A stretch of DNA of 64,000 nt from Macrostomum lignano (taxonomy: Eukaryota): positions 81,960 to 145,959 of the forward strand of contig NIVC01002659.1 in NCBI GenBank assembly GCA_002269645.1, read 5' to 3'. Positions 38,996 to 52,214 of the stretch are shown here, piece after piece. Position 1 is the first letter of the stretch, and every line of letters starts with the position of its first letter. The position numbers and the translations under genes were made by a program. The notes beneath the pieces are model-generated. The model searched no databases and had not been told where the DNA came from. It saw nothing but the letters and a program-made list of their open reading frames with translations.

Positions 38996-40084
38996 CTGGG
39001 TGGTCTAACTGACAAGTTTAAATCTGAACGACTCTGCACTTTATTCGAGTCAAAATTCAGCGGTCAGAGCAAGGATTTCAACTAAGAAAAACAAATCATA
39101 TAGGATATATAGGATATATAGGTTGCACTCACAGCGTAATTAGATTTCATATTAATTTATTATTCACAATAAAACATCGTTCTCGCCGTTTTAGAAGTAA
39201 AGGTTATAGCAATTAAGCAATTGCTCGTTAAAGCATTGGAGGAACTGTAACTAATGATCAGTGATTCAACAATGAGATTTATTAACAATAATAGTTATAA
39301 TTAATTAATTTAATCATTTTAAAGCTACTAAAAATCGCAACAGCTTCAGAAAAAACACACAACGATTTCTAATAGATAAATAGAGATTTGTAAAATAACT
39401 TTATATTAAAAACAGCGCACACTACTTGTAGTAGGCAGAACACGCGCACAAAAAAGAGAAAAAATCATAAAATTTAATTTTTGCTGGTTTGGGAATTAAA
39501 AAAGCTGATTAAAAAAAACTGGATTAGCAGGTGCGAGCCTTTCAATCGAAGGAATTGTGCCAAGAAGTCGGGAGTTCTTGATCAATAACAATTTAATTAT
39601 ACACAGAAAAAACTGTTTGTATAAAATTTGATTTCAGAAGAGCATACAGCAAATTTGTTGTTGCTGCCAGCAATGTTCATAGTGCGGATTGAATATCAGA
39701 ACTCTCTACAGCCAAAAATTAGAGCAAGCAGATGAAATAAACTGCCACCTTCACGCAGGTCGGGCTACGGTTGATCAACGTTCGACGATCAAAACTTGGC
39801 CATAGAGAAGCGAGATTCGAACCCGGGCCGGCCAAGGGTCCCGACCAGCAGCAGCCGCCCAAACCTCTTGTCAGAATTTCATCTCCGAGGCTCGGTGGCC
39901 AAAAGCCATGGCGCCACCGGCTGGGCGGCTTCAACGTCGGAGGAGACAAAAAACGAAAAAAAAACATTTTGACGCAAACCAACAGGGTTGCGGCCGCGGG
40001 TTCTTGTCGCATCTGGCCGAGATTCGAACTTCGAACTTCTTATTAATCTATTCTAAAATCTTGTAATGATCAATTTTAGTACAA

Positions 40085-40350
40085 CCCGTAACTAGAGTAA
40101 TTATAGCCGTTGCTAAGGGAAGCTATCGCCTCGACGCATTCCGTAACTAAGGTAATTATATTGGTTGCTAAGGGAAGCTATCGCCTTGAGGCAACCCGTA
40201 ACTAAGGTAATTATATTGGTTGCTAAGGGAAGCTATCGCCTCGGGGCAACCCGTAACTAAGGTAATTATATTGGTTGCTAAGGGAAGCTATCGCCTTGAG
40301 GCAACCCGTAACTAAGGTAATTATATTGGTTGCTAAGGGAAGCTATCAAC
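40085..40350. repeat. 55-bp minisatellite (GTAACTAAGGTAATTATATTGGTTGCTAAG core) downstream of the Argonaute stop
   Basis: Direct reading, ~5 copies. Confidence 0.9.
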
Positions 40351-40699
40351 ATAGACGGTTAAAAAAATCACACGCAATTAAGCTAAACAAACGCGGTTGC
40401 TAAGGAGAAAAGTACATAAAGAAGGGATAAAAGACGCGCTGTCGCCATTGCAATAACAATAACACTACCACACACAACAGTTAAAAAAATTGACGCATTT
40501 TTATGGTAATCAAAAGTGATCAGAAAAAATGAATAGATACAAACAAATAAAAACAATGTGAATTTATACACTGACGCTGCCCAAAAGCTAAAATATGAAG
40601 ACTGGGCTGGTTTAATTATTGTTGTTAACAGTGGGCAAAAAAATTCTCTAGTGAATAAATAGCAGTTGAGTTGATTTTTACAGAATCAAAAACCCTCCT

Positions 40700-43600
40700 T
40701 CAAGCGAAGTACATGACCCGCATGGTCTCGGGGTGCACGGTGACCGCACGCAGCATGGCGGTAGGGGTCCGCTCGTCCGAGTTGCCGCTCTTCTGCGAGC
40801 CTTCGCCCGAGTCGACCTCCTTCTCAACCAGGTGGTAGCGAGCCCGGAAGGCCACCAGGTGAGCATAGTAGGCTGGAGCCGGGATGCTCACGGAGCGGGT
40901 GCAGCGGACATAGGTATGACACAGCTGGTAGGTCAGCACCTGCAGCTCATCGGCTGAGAACTTGTTGTCGTCCCACAATACGTGATAGTGCGATGGCCGG
41001 CTGGTGCCCTGCAGGTTCGGGTTGGGGATTCGTTTTTATTACACACACGGTTACTATGGAGATTATTGTAGTTACATCCGCTGTTAAGTGACGTAACTAT
41101 GGTAATTAGACAATGCAGCTTGATACGTTGCCGACATAAAGATTAATAAATTGAGATGTAACTAAGATAAACAAAAGTCGTTTCTAAGATGGAAAACACA
41201 GATTTTAACAGTCGTAACTAGGGTAAACAAAATACTTTGGTAAGATAGAAAACACCAACTAAGGTAAACAAAATTCGTTGCTGAGATAGAAGACAGATTT
41301 AAACATTCGTAACTAAGGTAAACAAAGGCCGTTGCTAAGATGAGGAAGACACATGTAAAAAACGCAACTAAGGTAAACAAAATTCATTGCTAAGATGAGG
41401 AAGACAGATTTAAGCAGCCGTAACTAAGGTAAACAAAGTTCGTTGTTAAGATAGAAGACGATTTAAACAGTCGTAACTAAGGTAAACAAAAGCCGTTGCT
41501 AAGATGAGGAAGACACATTTAAAAAACGTAACTAAGGTAAACAAAATTCATTGCTAAGATGAGAAAGACATATTTAAGCAGCCGTAACTAAGGTAAACAA
41601 AGTTCGTTGTTAAAATAGAAGACAGATTTAAACAGTCGTAACTAAGGTAAACAAAGGCCGTTGCTAAGATGAGGAAGACACATGTAAAAAACGCAACTAA
41701 GGTAAACAAAATTCATTGCTAAGATGAGGAAGACAGATTTAAGCAGCCGTAACTAAGGTAAACAAAGTTCGTTGTTAAGATAGAAGACGATTTAAACAGT
41801 CGTAACTAAGGTAAACAAAAGCCGTTGCTAAGATGAGGAAGACACATTTAAAAAACGTAACTAAGGTAAACAAAATTCATTGCTAAGATGAGAAAGACAT
41901 ATTTAAGCAGCCGTAACTAAGGTAAACAAAGTTCGTTGTTAAGATAGAAGACAGATTTAAACAGTCGTAACTAAGGTAAACAAAAGCCGTTGCTAAGATG
42001 AGGAAGACACATTTAAAAAACGTAACTAAGGTAAACAAAATTCATTGCTAAGATGAGAAAGACAGGTTTTAACAGCCGTAACTAAGGCAAACAAAAGCCG
42101 TTGCTAAGCACAGCAACAGAAGACTTGCCTGAATGCCAGCGTGGCTGCACAGATAGAAGTCGAACTCGGTGGGATGAGTAATCGTCTGATCAACGGTGGT
42201 GCCAGCCGGGATGTTGCCGCTGCGGCCAGTCTTGTCCTTGGCGTCGGCGCAGAACAGGCGAGTGTGATGGCGCTTCTGCACGGCGATGAAGGTTATGCCG
42301 GGCTGGTAGCCCAGCTCCAGCCTGGTGCAGGCCTCGCGCAGTGCCCGAAGCTCATGGGACTGAACAGCTTGGAACTGGCCTTCGCTAACGCCGTCTCGAT
42401 AGTACACAATCCTAGTAGGCTTGAACCGGGTGCTGCGATAAAAGTGCAACAGCAATTCCCGGACCATGGTGCACAGTTCGGTGATCTTCTCTTCACGATG
42501 GCCTTGAACTCGAACGCTGGCGGCATAACGGCTGGGATGGGCGTCCATGCTGGCAACCACGGCTGCGATGGAGGGCTTGGTTCGGTCTCCGGCTGGCGGA
42601 TGCGTCACGTCGCCGCCAAGGAAGATGACCGGCTCACGAAACACTGGCGGACGAACGCCCGGCACCAGGATGGAGTTGATGCCGCCGAGCTTGACGTTGA
42701 TCTTCAGGCAGAGGTTGCTCAGCGTCTGCGGCGATGTTTTATTAACGTTGCGAGCCTGCACGCACTGGGTGGCCAGGCCGAACATGATGTCCCCCACTCG
42801 CTTCACCTCGGCGTACACCTGCGAGGAGGGGCGAGGAGGGTGATAATGTTAATTGGGCAGACATTTAGGGAATAAATTCAGTCAGTCAGTCAGTCAGTCA
42901 GTCAGTCAGTCAGTCAGTCAGTCAGTCAGTCAGTCAGTCATTCAGTCAGTCAATCAGTCAGCGGTCTCTGGAGCCGCAGCATTGTGTAGCCATAGCTACT
43001 TTAATTTGGGACACGTGTACAAAAAGTGGCTTGAAGATAAGAGTAAATAACACAAACAAAATAATTGCTTAATAAGCCACTAACCGGAGTCTTGCCGGGC
43101 AGCACCACCACAATGAGCTGCAGTCCGTGAAACATATTCTTCAGATAGCGGAACATCGGCTCCACCTGGTCCTGGCCGTTGGCGTACTTGCAGAAGCAGG
43201 GCTGACCGGTGATGGCCATGCCGGCATCCTGGCTGATCCGCTGCAGCTGCTGGGTGAACTGCCTCAGCGAGTCCTCGCGCACCGTGCGCTGGGCGGCGAA
43301 ACAGGCGATGGCCCAGACTTTGATCTCGATGCCGGCAAAGAACTGCTTGCCGCGCATGTCCCAAACCCCCTGCTGGGGCAGCGCCTGGGCCCGGGTGCGG
43401 CCGCCGTATTGGATCTTTGGTGCCGGTAGGACCCGGCCACCGATGTCGGCCATGCGGGTCTGGACCTGGACAAATGTGCACAGATTTTTTGTGAAACTAT
43501 TTATACAATCATACTCACGCAATCCTCCCCTGATTTTCACAGGCCATGTGACTTAATTATGAAAGAAAACTAAGAAAAAATTCACGTATTTTTAAGTAAA

Positions 43601-46596
43601 CGGCTGGAGTAACTATAGCACACAGCCCCCTGCCTCTATCTAAAAAAGGATCAGAGTGGAGTACATAGGGCCCAACAGCGGGCCCTCTTAAATCCAAAAG
43701 CAATGACCCTCCAAAGTAACTAAAATCTTAGCTCATATTCATGCAAATTTCTAGAAAAAGAAACATACCTGTATGCCAAACGTTTGCAGATGATTATCGT
43801 GACTAAAGTTGGCCTTCCTAACCAAATTATTGATCTCGCGTTCTCGGTCCGGAGCCGACCTAGCCGTAGCTTTAATCATCGTTGAAGTCTGCGAATCCGT
43901 CAGCTTCTTGATGCAGCGCTGCCCGCTGACAATGTTGCACACCTCCAATGGCAGGTAGGTGTGCTTGTTCTCTTGGCCAACCTGTATGAGTGTAGTGCAT
44001 GATGTTTTGAGCCAATTTATACCTTATAGACTTTGTAGATTTTAATTTATCCTTTCAATGGAACCCGAGCTACAAAAGAGCGCCAGCTACAAAGGGGAGC
44101 TAGCTGCAGAAGGGTAAGGCGCCAGCTGCAGAAGGGCAAGGCGCCAGCTGCAGAAGGGTAAGGCGCCAGCTGCAGAAGGGTAAGGCGCCAGCTGCAGAAG
44201 GGTAAGGCCCCAGCTGCAGAAGGGCAAGGCGTCAGCTACAGAAGGGCAAGGCGCCAGCTGCAGAAGGGCAAGGCGTCAGCTACAGAAGGGCAAGGCGCCA
44301 GCTACAAAGGGGAGCGCGCCAGCTACAAAGGGGAGCTAGCTGCAGAAGGGCAAGGCGCCAGCTGCAGAAGGGCAAGGCGCCAGCTACAAAGGGGAGCTAG
44401 CTGCAGAAGGGCAAGGCGCCAGCTGCGGAAGGGCAAGGCGCCAGCTGCGAAAGGGCAAGGCGCCAGCTGCAGAAGGGCAAGGCGCCAGCTGCGGAAGGGT
44501 AAGGCGCCAGCTGCAGAACGGCAAGGCGCCAGCTGCAGAAGGGCAAGGCGCCAGCTGCGGAAGGGTAAGGCGCCAGCTGCAGAAGGGCAAGGCGCCAGCT
44601 GCGGAAGGGTAAGGCGCCAGCTACAGAAGGGCAAGGCGCCAGCTGCAGAAGGGCAAGGCGCCAGCTACAAAGGGGAGCTAGCTGCAGAAGGGCAAGGCGC
44701 CAGCTGCGGAAGGGCAAGGCGCCAGCTGCGGAAGGGCAAGGCGCCAGCTGCAGAAGGGCAAGGCGCCAGCTGCGGAAGGGTAAGGCGCCAGCTGCAGAAC
44801 GGCAAGGCGCCAGCTGCAGAAGGGCAAGGCGCCAGCTGCGGAAGGGTAAGGCGCCAGCTGCAGAAGGGCAAGGCGCCAGCTGCGGAAGGGTAAGGCGCCA
44901 GCTACAGAAGGGCAAGGCGCCAGCTGCAGAAGGGCAAGGCGCCAGCTGCGGAAGGGTAAGGCGCCAGCTACAGAAGGGCAAGGCGCCAGCTACAGAAGGG
45001 TAAGGCGCCAGCTACAGAAGGCCAAGGCGCCAGCTGCAGAAGGGCAAGGCGCCAGCTACAGAAGGGCAAGGCGCCAGCTACAGAAGGGCAAGGCGCCAGC
45101 TACAGAAGGGCAAGGGGCAATTCTCGTGCTCTATCTGCTCATATCAATCCAGTGAATTTCAGCTCACCTGCAGACAGGGCAGCATCGGATAGCGCAGTCG
45201 CATGCGGTACCTCTCGGCAAAGTACTTGGCAACAGTGCAATCAACAGTTTGGCCATTCTCCATCTGCAATGGAAAGCTCTGCGCGCTAGCCGACCTGCGC
45301 GTCACATTGCAGACCCGGTACTTGCGCCGCATCTGGCCGCAGTGAGTGATCTCCACCTTCAGACCTTTAATCTCTTTGGTGAACTTCACCCGATTGCAGT
45401 CGCTCAAAGGTCGCCTATCAAACTCTTCTAGATCTGGCAGTTCGAGCACGTCGCGCAGAAAATCGCAGACACTCTGCGCCTTGTAGAAGGCGGTGGCGGA
45501 CACGTCGATGTTGAGCATCATCTTCCAGTGGCTGGGCCGCACGCTCTGGTGGAAGCCGAACCAAACTTCGCGACCGTTGCCCAGCGGGTGGTCGGTGGAG
45601 TCCTGGTCGGGCTGCTGGAAGAATGACCGGCCAACTGGGGTGTACTGCAGGCTGGGCAGGTGGCGCATGATCACGTCCAATGCGTTCACAGCATCCGCCG
45701 GGATGTTCCGGCGACGGCCTTCGAGAGCCTCTTCAAGGGCGAACAGCGAGACCTCGCCGAGATACTTCAGCGACACGCGGAACACCCGGTCCTTGCTGCT
45801 GCCCTCGCCCGGCAGGGTCACCTCCAGTTCCAGACGATCCGTGCCAAACGGCAGCGGGTCCCGGGTGTATAGATTCTTGCGACCGTCGAACACGGGGCGC
45901 TGGTTGAAGAACACAGTCTGATGGTGCATGGAGTTCACCATTGTGTTGATGATCTCGCGGTTCACTCGTCGGGGGCATTTGTCCGGCGTAATGTTCACGT
46001 CGTAGTGATGCAGGAAGCCTTTCGGCAAGCGAATTTCGAAGTGGTTGGCCCGCAGGCTGATGTGCCGACCCTCCTGACCGCGGCCCGGACGCGCCGGCGG
46101 CTGGAAAATGATCGACGGTGGGGACGGCTCGCCGGAGTCGCTGCCGCCGCCATAGCCGGAGCCGGCGCCCGAGGAGCCGGAGTTGCCCGCGCCAGGCGGC
46201 GTCGGAGGCGGCGCGTTGAAGTTTTGCAGTTGATTTGTTGATACTATGATAATGAGGGTTTTTTCACAGGTGATGAGTCAGAGCTCGTAAGTGAGACAAA
46301 GGCACACTTACATAGCAAGGACTACATATAAGGAAAGATCTACTTAAAATAATGGTCGTTTGCAGCCAATGTGAACCTATTTATTGTAAATTATTTGAAA
46401 AATCTCTAACTATTAGTATTACACATATCCCTATCGGAAAAATTAGGCCTAACTATTGCATCGAAACAAAGAGAAGTAAGATTAAGAACAAGAAGTAACA
46501 GCCTAATTAGGTACAAAAGTTAGAGAAGTAGCAAGACGACTTACAAAATCCACTGCCTGTAAGCGACATAGCAAAATCAGCTGCATTGTGGTACAT
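40700..46596 (-). CDS. AGO: Argonaute (AGO clade, miRNA/siRNA type, catalytic DEDH intact); exons 46596-46545, 46243-45168, 43981-43769, 43465-43085, 42818-42129, 41008-40700; 906 aa
   Basis: N domain ISLRANHF; [22 protein letters not shown]; MID; [41 protein letters not shown]; C-terminus MYFA. Exons total 2721 nt in frame. Short phase-1 first exon [17 protein letters not shown] with GTAAGT donor. Last intron is GC-AG. Confidence 0.95.
41160..42115. repeat. ~55-bp minisatellite with a 3-monomer (~165-bp) higher-order repeat in the last Argonaute intron
   Basis: Variants GGCCG/ATTCA/GTTCG cycle after AACTAAGGTAAACAAA; identical phases recur 329 bp apart (41311, 41640). Confidence 0.92.
42880..42960. 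repeat. (AGTC)n microsatellite in Argonaute intron 4
   Basis: Direct reading. Confidence 0.95.
44075..45115. repeat. 22-bp minisatellite GGCGCCAGCTGCAGAAGGGCAA, ~47 copies, in Argonaute intron 2
   Basis: Direct reading. Confidence 0.97.
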
Positions 46597-46970
46597 AAAG
46601 TTTGGGCTTTGTGGCGGGAAATATTCATTAGTTCCGACTACAGCCATTGCTAACTAAATTCCGCTGCCGGAGTTTGATAAAAAGCTGAAAATTGAGAAAT
46701 AAAAAAGCCAGGAAAAACAAAATTTAAAAGCAGCACAAAAAGCTTAAAATTAAAAAATTAACAATTATTGTGTTCGCCTCTTAAAAATACTACAAAAATC
46801 AAATACTTTAACCTTTCAGGCAAGGAAGTTGACAATATACATAAAAAGTATAGTATACTTTGTTTAAACTATCACTTCTAAGAATATTGGCAAAATACAA
46901 ACAAGATTAAGCGTGCGATTTATAATTCTACAAATATCTCCTCAATCTACCAAAATTTGCTAGCAACAGT

Positions 46971-48084
46971 GTGATATCATCAGAACTTGAGCTTACTCCA
47001 ATCTCCCAACGAATTGCTAAAACCTATCTTACCTACTGGCTGAAGATTAGACATCAAAAACTTTGCCAAACGACACTAGAAATTTTCTACTCAAACACCA
47101 GCCAAAAAAATCCATGGAAAACAAATATACTAAAGAAACTGGAAAGTATAGACTTAAAAGCACTAACTGAAGATAAACTTTCCCAAAGCTTTAATAACGA
47201 GAAATACCTAGTGAAAAAGCACCTCAAGATACACAGAGAAAGAGAACTTAGCCAAAAGCTAGAGAATCAGCAACATATTAAACTCTATAAAAACGCCTAT
47301 CTCTACAAAAAAATCTGCAGGCCTGACCTTTCAGATTACTTTCCATGCACTTTTAGAAACAAAAAATTCCTAACAACCCTCCTCCTAAAACTGAAATGCG
47401 AAATTACACCCAACATTTTCTCTCATGAACCATGTAGACTGTGTGGAGCGAGAAATGGTTCCGATATCCTACACTACTTGACCGAATGTCCACAAACCGA
47501 AAAGTTCAGAAAAAAATACTTCTGTCAGTACCTCCTAAATGACAAGCAAGTACACAAGTTAGGATATGCTACAAATGAAAAAAGAGTCAGAAAAGAGCTC
47601 ACTGGTGTAGCTAAAATATATGAAGTCATGAATAGCTAAAACAGTTATGCAAACTGAAACAGACATATCAGCAGTGAAATAAATCCGCCTTTCCCATTTT
47701 TAATTTCCTACTTAATTAGCACTTAATTAGTATTTAATTAGTTTCCTATCTAATACCTATTTAAATCGTCGTCATTCGCTTAACGTAAAGTCCCTTCGAA
47801 GTTCGTTTTTGTTCATTTTTCTTTCGTTTTTACTTTTATTAACTGCAATACTTTTTTTAACTCCTTGCTTTTTCTTTCGCTTCGTTAGTCGTCCAAGTAT
47901 CGTTAATAACTTTTCCGCGTTCTTTCAAATACCATTTTGCAAAACTCGTACTAATCATAATTAAATAACTAGTGCTAAAATATTGTCTCCTATTCCTGAA
48001 GCAATCTTAAATACATAGAAATATATTGGCCAAACAGGCTTCTTGCCTGAGCCAACTTACTACTACTACATTACTACTACTACT
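46971..48084 (+). mobile_element. 3' fragment of an AT-rich LINE: ORF2 C-terminus with CCHC finger, 3' UTR and (TAC)n tail
   Basis: 222-aa ORF with CRLCGARNGSDILHYLTEC (C-x2-C-x8-H-x4-C), typical of non-LTR ORF2 C-termini; (TAC)n at 48058-48084. Confidence 0.7.
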
Positions 48085-49249
48085 TATAATTTAAAATTTA
48101 GATCCGCTTTTACCTAGGCCTATTAAAATTTGGCCTTTTTATTTTTCTGACACCAAAACAGAACCATTTCACGATGTTTAACTTTTTGTCTCCTAAATTT
48201 AAATGTTTTGACCTTAGTATTTTTACAGGATTTATTAAGTAGATGTCTATGTTTCGTGATTCTAAGATCCATGATTCAAAACTTAATTTTTTGGTTTAGT
48301 GTTTCTGTGTGTGAGGCTATATATATATTGGCAGTGTTGGGCACCAGTTCGTTAATTAGCGTTAATCCGTTAATAAACGTTAAGATTTTCATTAACAACA
48401 ATGGACTGCCATTATTCCATTAAGATTTTTTAAAATAACGGATTAACAAATTTGCATTCAAAATTTTGTGAGTTAACAACAAATTCACTGTTAATGTTAA
48501 TGGCAATGTCGATGACCAACGATGGCAAAGATGCAAATAAAGAACAAAATATAAGTCTGAAGAGAAGTTACAACATTACACAAATGTATTTGAATTTACC
48601 TAAATGCCGAATTAATATTTTTGTTTATGATAATGATCATGCAAATGTAACTACTTCTTACTAGGCCTAATGAACTTTAATAATGAATAAAAATGGTAAA
48701 TTTTATTGCTTGTGCGTGAGCATCGATTGCTTTGATTAACTTCTTTGTTGCACCTGCTAATGCTACTAAAACAACCTACTCATATTTTATTAATAAATAA
48801 TTAGATTCCAAGTTTCAAATATATAAGTTAATTCTTGTACCTTATGCTTTTAGTAATAATTTACCTACATTTTTTTCAATTATTATTTATTGCTTTTTTA
48901 GCTTGTAAATTGCTTAGATGACCTTTGTGTTTCACTAAAAAGATGGAAAAGCAAAGACAATGCATTATAATTATATAATCTGTTTTGAAAAAATGTAAGA
49001 TTTCTATATTTTCTGTGTTAACCTTAACAGATTAATGCTTATTAATGATTATCAGTTAACTTTCACCTAACTTAACAAAATTAATAGGTAATAAGTTAAG
49101 ATTTTTTGTTTTAATGCTAACAATTTTGCCATTAATGGAAGTTAAGATTTTTAGGTTGTAAGTTATACAAGGCCATGTTCTTTTCTATTTATTTTATTAG
49201 GCCTTAGTTGTTAAAATTGTTACTTGCAATAGTACAATCATTAATTTGT

Positions 49250-49360
49250 TAAGAAGGGGGGAGGGTAGATCTCAGAAGGTAAAAACCTAAGAAGAGGAAG
49301 GGGTTAAACAAGGTGGCTCTATATATTGGTGAATATTTGCTTGGTCTCTCTTTTGATTTT
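49250..49360 (+). mobile_element. Decayed RT remnant
   Basis: Frame reads ..EGVKQGGS.. (RT motif GVxQG) bounded by stops; nothing else is confidently aligned. Confidence 0.3.
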
Positions 49361-50797
49361 TTTCTAATCTCTGCCTAAGGGGCATAGCTGTCCCACCCCC
49401 TCCAGGTAACAGTTGACTTTGATAACAAAGTGGTATTTAAATTGTATATAGAATATTGGTATTTTAATCAATCTATTTTTAATTAAAAATTTTATAGGTA
49501 TTTTAAATTGAATCTATATTAATTTCTAGATAATGGCAATCTTTTACTTTTGTGCATTATCTTCTTTAAATTTGTTGTTTCTGTTTAGTTTAATGATAAT
49601 ATTATAATAGATTGAATAGAAAGATTGAGTTTCAACAGATCAATTGTCAATTGTCAATGAAAAAAATAGATAAATGTAATTTTCTATATTAAATAATTAT
49701 TTCTTACTTAAATTTGCACTTTTTTCAACCGCAATGCAATACAATTCAAAGACTAGATATCCACTTTGCACTGACAACAATAATTATAATCAATGATCCT
49801 TAATAGGCAACTAATAGACATGTATAACCTTGGGAATCACTCAGCTGTTTCTTCTACATTAGAAATATACGCATGTAAGTTGCTAGTGGCTAAAAGCAGT
49901 CACATGACTATTATTTAATCCAATAGCAACTTTTATGTGTTGCCAATAAAAATGGTTAGGTGAATCCCTAGGTTGCACCCAAGCATGCCAACTAAACTGT
50001 GGGATCTAGAAATTGCATATCTAAAGCAAGTAATAATTTTTTGAGGCTCACCTTTGGCAAATTTATATGGCAAGGTGTTTTCTAAAGATCCAATTTGGAA
50101 ACATCCTATATTGGATACAATGTTACTATCAATGCTAAAGACACTTTTTGAACTTTATAACATTTAATAATCCACAGTACTGCTCTACAATATATTAATA
50201 TCACTATAATAATTTTGCAAAAAATAATTTGATATAAGAAACTGCATTTATATCAACCTAGTCCTACAGTCAAGTTAAAAAATCAATAATATACAATGGT
50301 TTTAGGTGCAAGTGGAGGCCAACCATGGTTTTGTTAGTATATAAAGATAATTAAATTGCATGATAGTTTGAGTTATAAGTCTACTGCATTTGCCTCACAC
50401 TGATTAACAACTAAGTCTACCCACCCAACTGATAGACTTTTTGCCAAAGACAAATCTTTCAAGCTAAATCATTATGCATAGTTATAGGTCATTTTGGTAA
50501 CAATTTGTTTTTTGGTGACATATATTGCTTTTGTGACAAACACACTTTGCGTTTGGTAAAAAAAGGAATATCTGGTTAATGGTCATTTTATATTGAAACC
50601 TATGTTGAATGAATAGTGGTATTCAATTAATATAGGAAGCAATTTAATTAATTAAACAATAAATAAATATATTTTTTGGAAATGCATATTAGCTATGTAT
50701 AATGCTTTGATAGAATTTTATAATACCCAATTTGTCCCTGACTTTCATCAATGAAAATTGAGTTTTTTTGCCTTCACAAAAATTGCAAACACTCCAG

Positions 50798-52070
50798 GCT
50801 GCTCCAGCTACAGATTCCAATGCTACAGGCATTGAGGCCGAGTTCCAGCTGTACCTCAACCAATTAGCTGCCGACTTGGCCACAGTAGAATCAGTAAAAG
50901 CTACAGCCGCTGAGCTGACCAAATTGGCTCAGTTGCCGCTTCAAGCTTTGCGCTGCATTCACCGCAGCTGCGATTCCGATTCGATTAGTAAGGCTATTGA
51001 TGAAGCTCGAGCTGCTTTGCAGCCAAGCACTGATTTGTTAGCTAAACTGGGCCAGCAGATGCCAGCGGGAACCTATTACAAATATCACCAGCTGTGGAGG
51101 GAGCCGGTTCAGCAGCTCTGCATGGCTGTTACTTTTATTAGCTTCTTGGAATCCGATCGGCTGCTGAGTCTGGAGGATGCGGCGAGTCAGCTGGGCATGG
51201 CTGGAGATAGTGATGGTGGTAAGGAAGAGGCCAGCTATAGTGGCGCATTTTTTTACTATTCCTTTTTATTATAGCTTTCAAGTTTCATATATTGATTTTG
51301 AGGCAAGCTTAGCTGTTTAGCAACTTGTTTTAAGACCAGCTTAGTGGCTTTGCAGTTGGTGTAGACACCAGCTTAGTGGTCTAGCAGTTGTTTTAGACAC
51401 AAGCTTAGTGGCTTAGCAGTTAGTTTAGACACAAGCTTAGTGGCTTAGCAGTTAGTTTAGACACAAGCTTAGTGGCTTAGCAGTTGGTTTAGACACAAGC
51501 TTAGTGGCTTAGCAGTTAGTTTAGACACAAGCTTAGTGGCTTAGCAGTTGGGTTTACCAGCCTAGTGGCTTTACCATTCCCCTGACCCCTGAGCGCGAAC
51601 ATGGATGTACATAGATCGCAGGCACACGCTCACACAGGGTGTACAGCAGCCCCGATTTTCTAATCGTCAGACATGTACACACTCTGTGCATTGGGGGTTG
51701 ACCCTCATGGGCCCAGTAGGCTACAGCTACAATAGTGAAACGCCATTCATATCCAACTGCTTAACCTGGTCTGGTCTCCCTTCACACGACCGCAGGCGGC
51801 GGGTCCACTCTCCACCTGGACCTGGAAGACTACCTGTTCGGCCTGCTGCTCCTCGCCAGCGAACTGGCCAGACTGAGCGTCAACGCCGTGACGGCTGGCA
51901 GGCCCGACCTGCCTCGTCGAGTTGCCGACTTCGCCCGCCATCTGGAGGCCGGCTTCCGGCTGCTCAACTTTAAGAATGACGCTTTACGCCGGCGCTACGA
52001 CGGGCTCAAATACGATATGCGCAAGATTGAGGAGGTGCTGTACGATGTGACCGTCAGGAAGCTGGAGTAG
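50798..52070 (+). CDS. TSN: Translin (C3PO subunit); exons 50798-51218, 51796-52070; start codon not located (upstream micro-exon likely)
   Basis: YYKYHQLWREPVQQL; LHLDLEDYLFGLLLLASELARLSVNAVTAG; GFRLLNFKNDALRRRYDGLKYDMRKIEEVLYD. The last is the Translin rather than TRAX pattern. Phase-1 intron GTAAGG..CGCAG. Confidence 0.92.
51300..51570. repeat. 32-bp minisatellite TTAGACACAAGCTTAGTGGCTTAGCAGTTAGT in the Translin intron
   Basis: Direct reading. Confidence 0.92.
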
Positions 52071-52214
52071 CTTCTTTATGAGGAGCTCGTCTTGTCCATT
52101 TATTTGCTTTTCCAGTTTTATCTTCGATGCAGCTATATAAAGTGAAAATATGCTCTTTGTTTATTAACAAAGCTGTAATTAAATAGTTACTTTTGTTAAT
52201 CCTAGCGGTTGTAT

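Noticed and set aside
39795-39920. B-box-like GGGTTCGAATC on the minus strand
   Set aside because: A-box weak and too distant; no acceptor stem.
48332-48450. hAT-like left end CAGTGTTGGGC
   Set aside because: No matching right TIR or TSD found.
41160-51570. Possible homology between the AGO-intron and Translin-intron arrays (TGCTAAG, ACTAAG)
   Set aside because: Only 6-7-nt matches; not distinguishable from chance.
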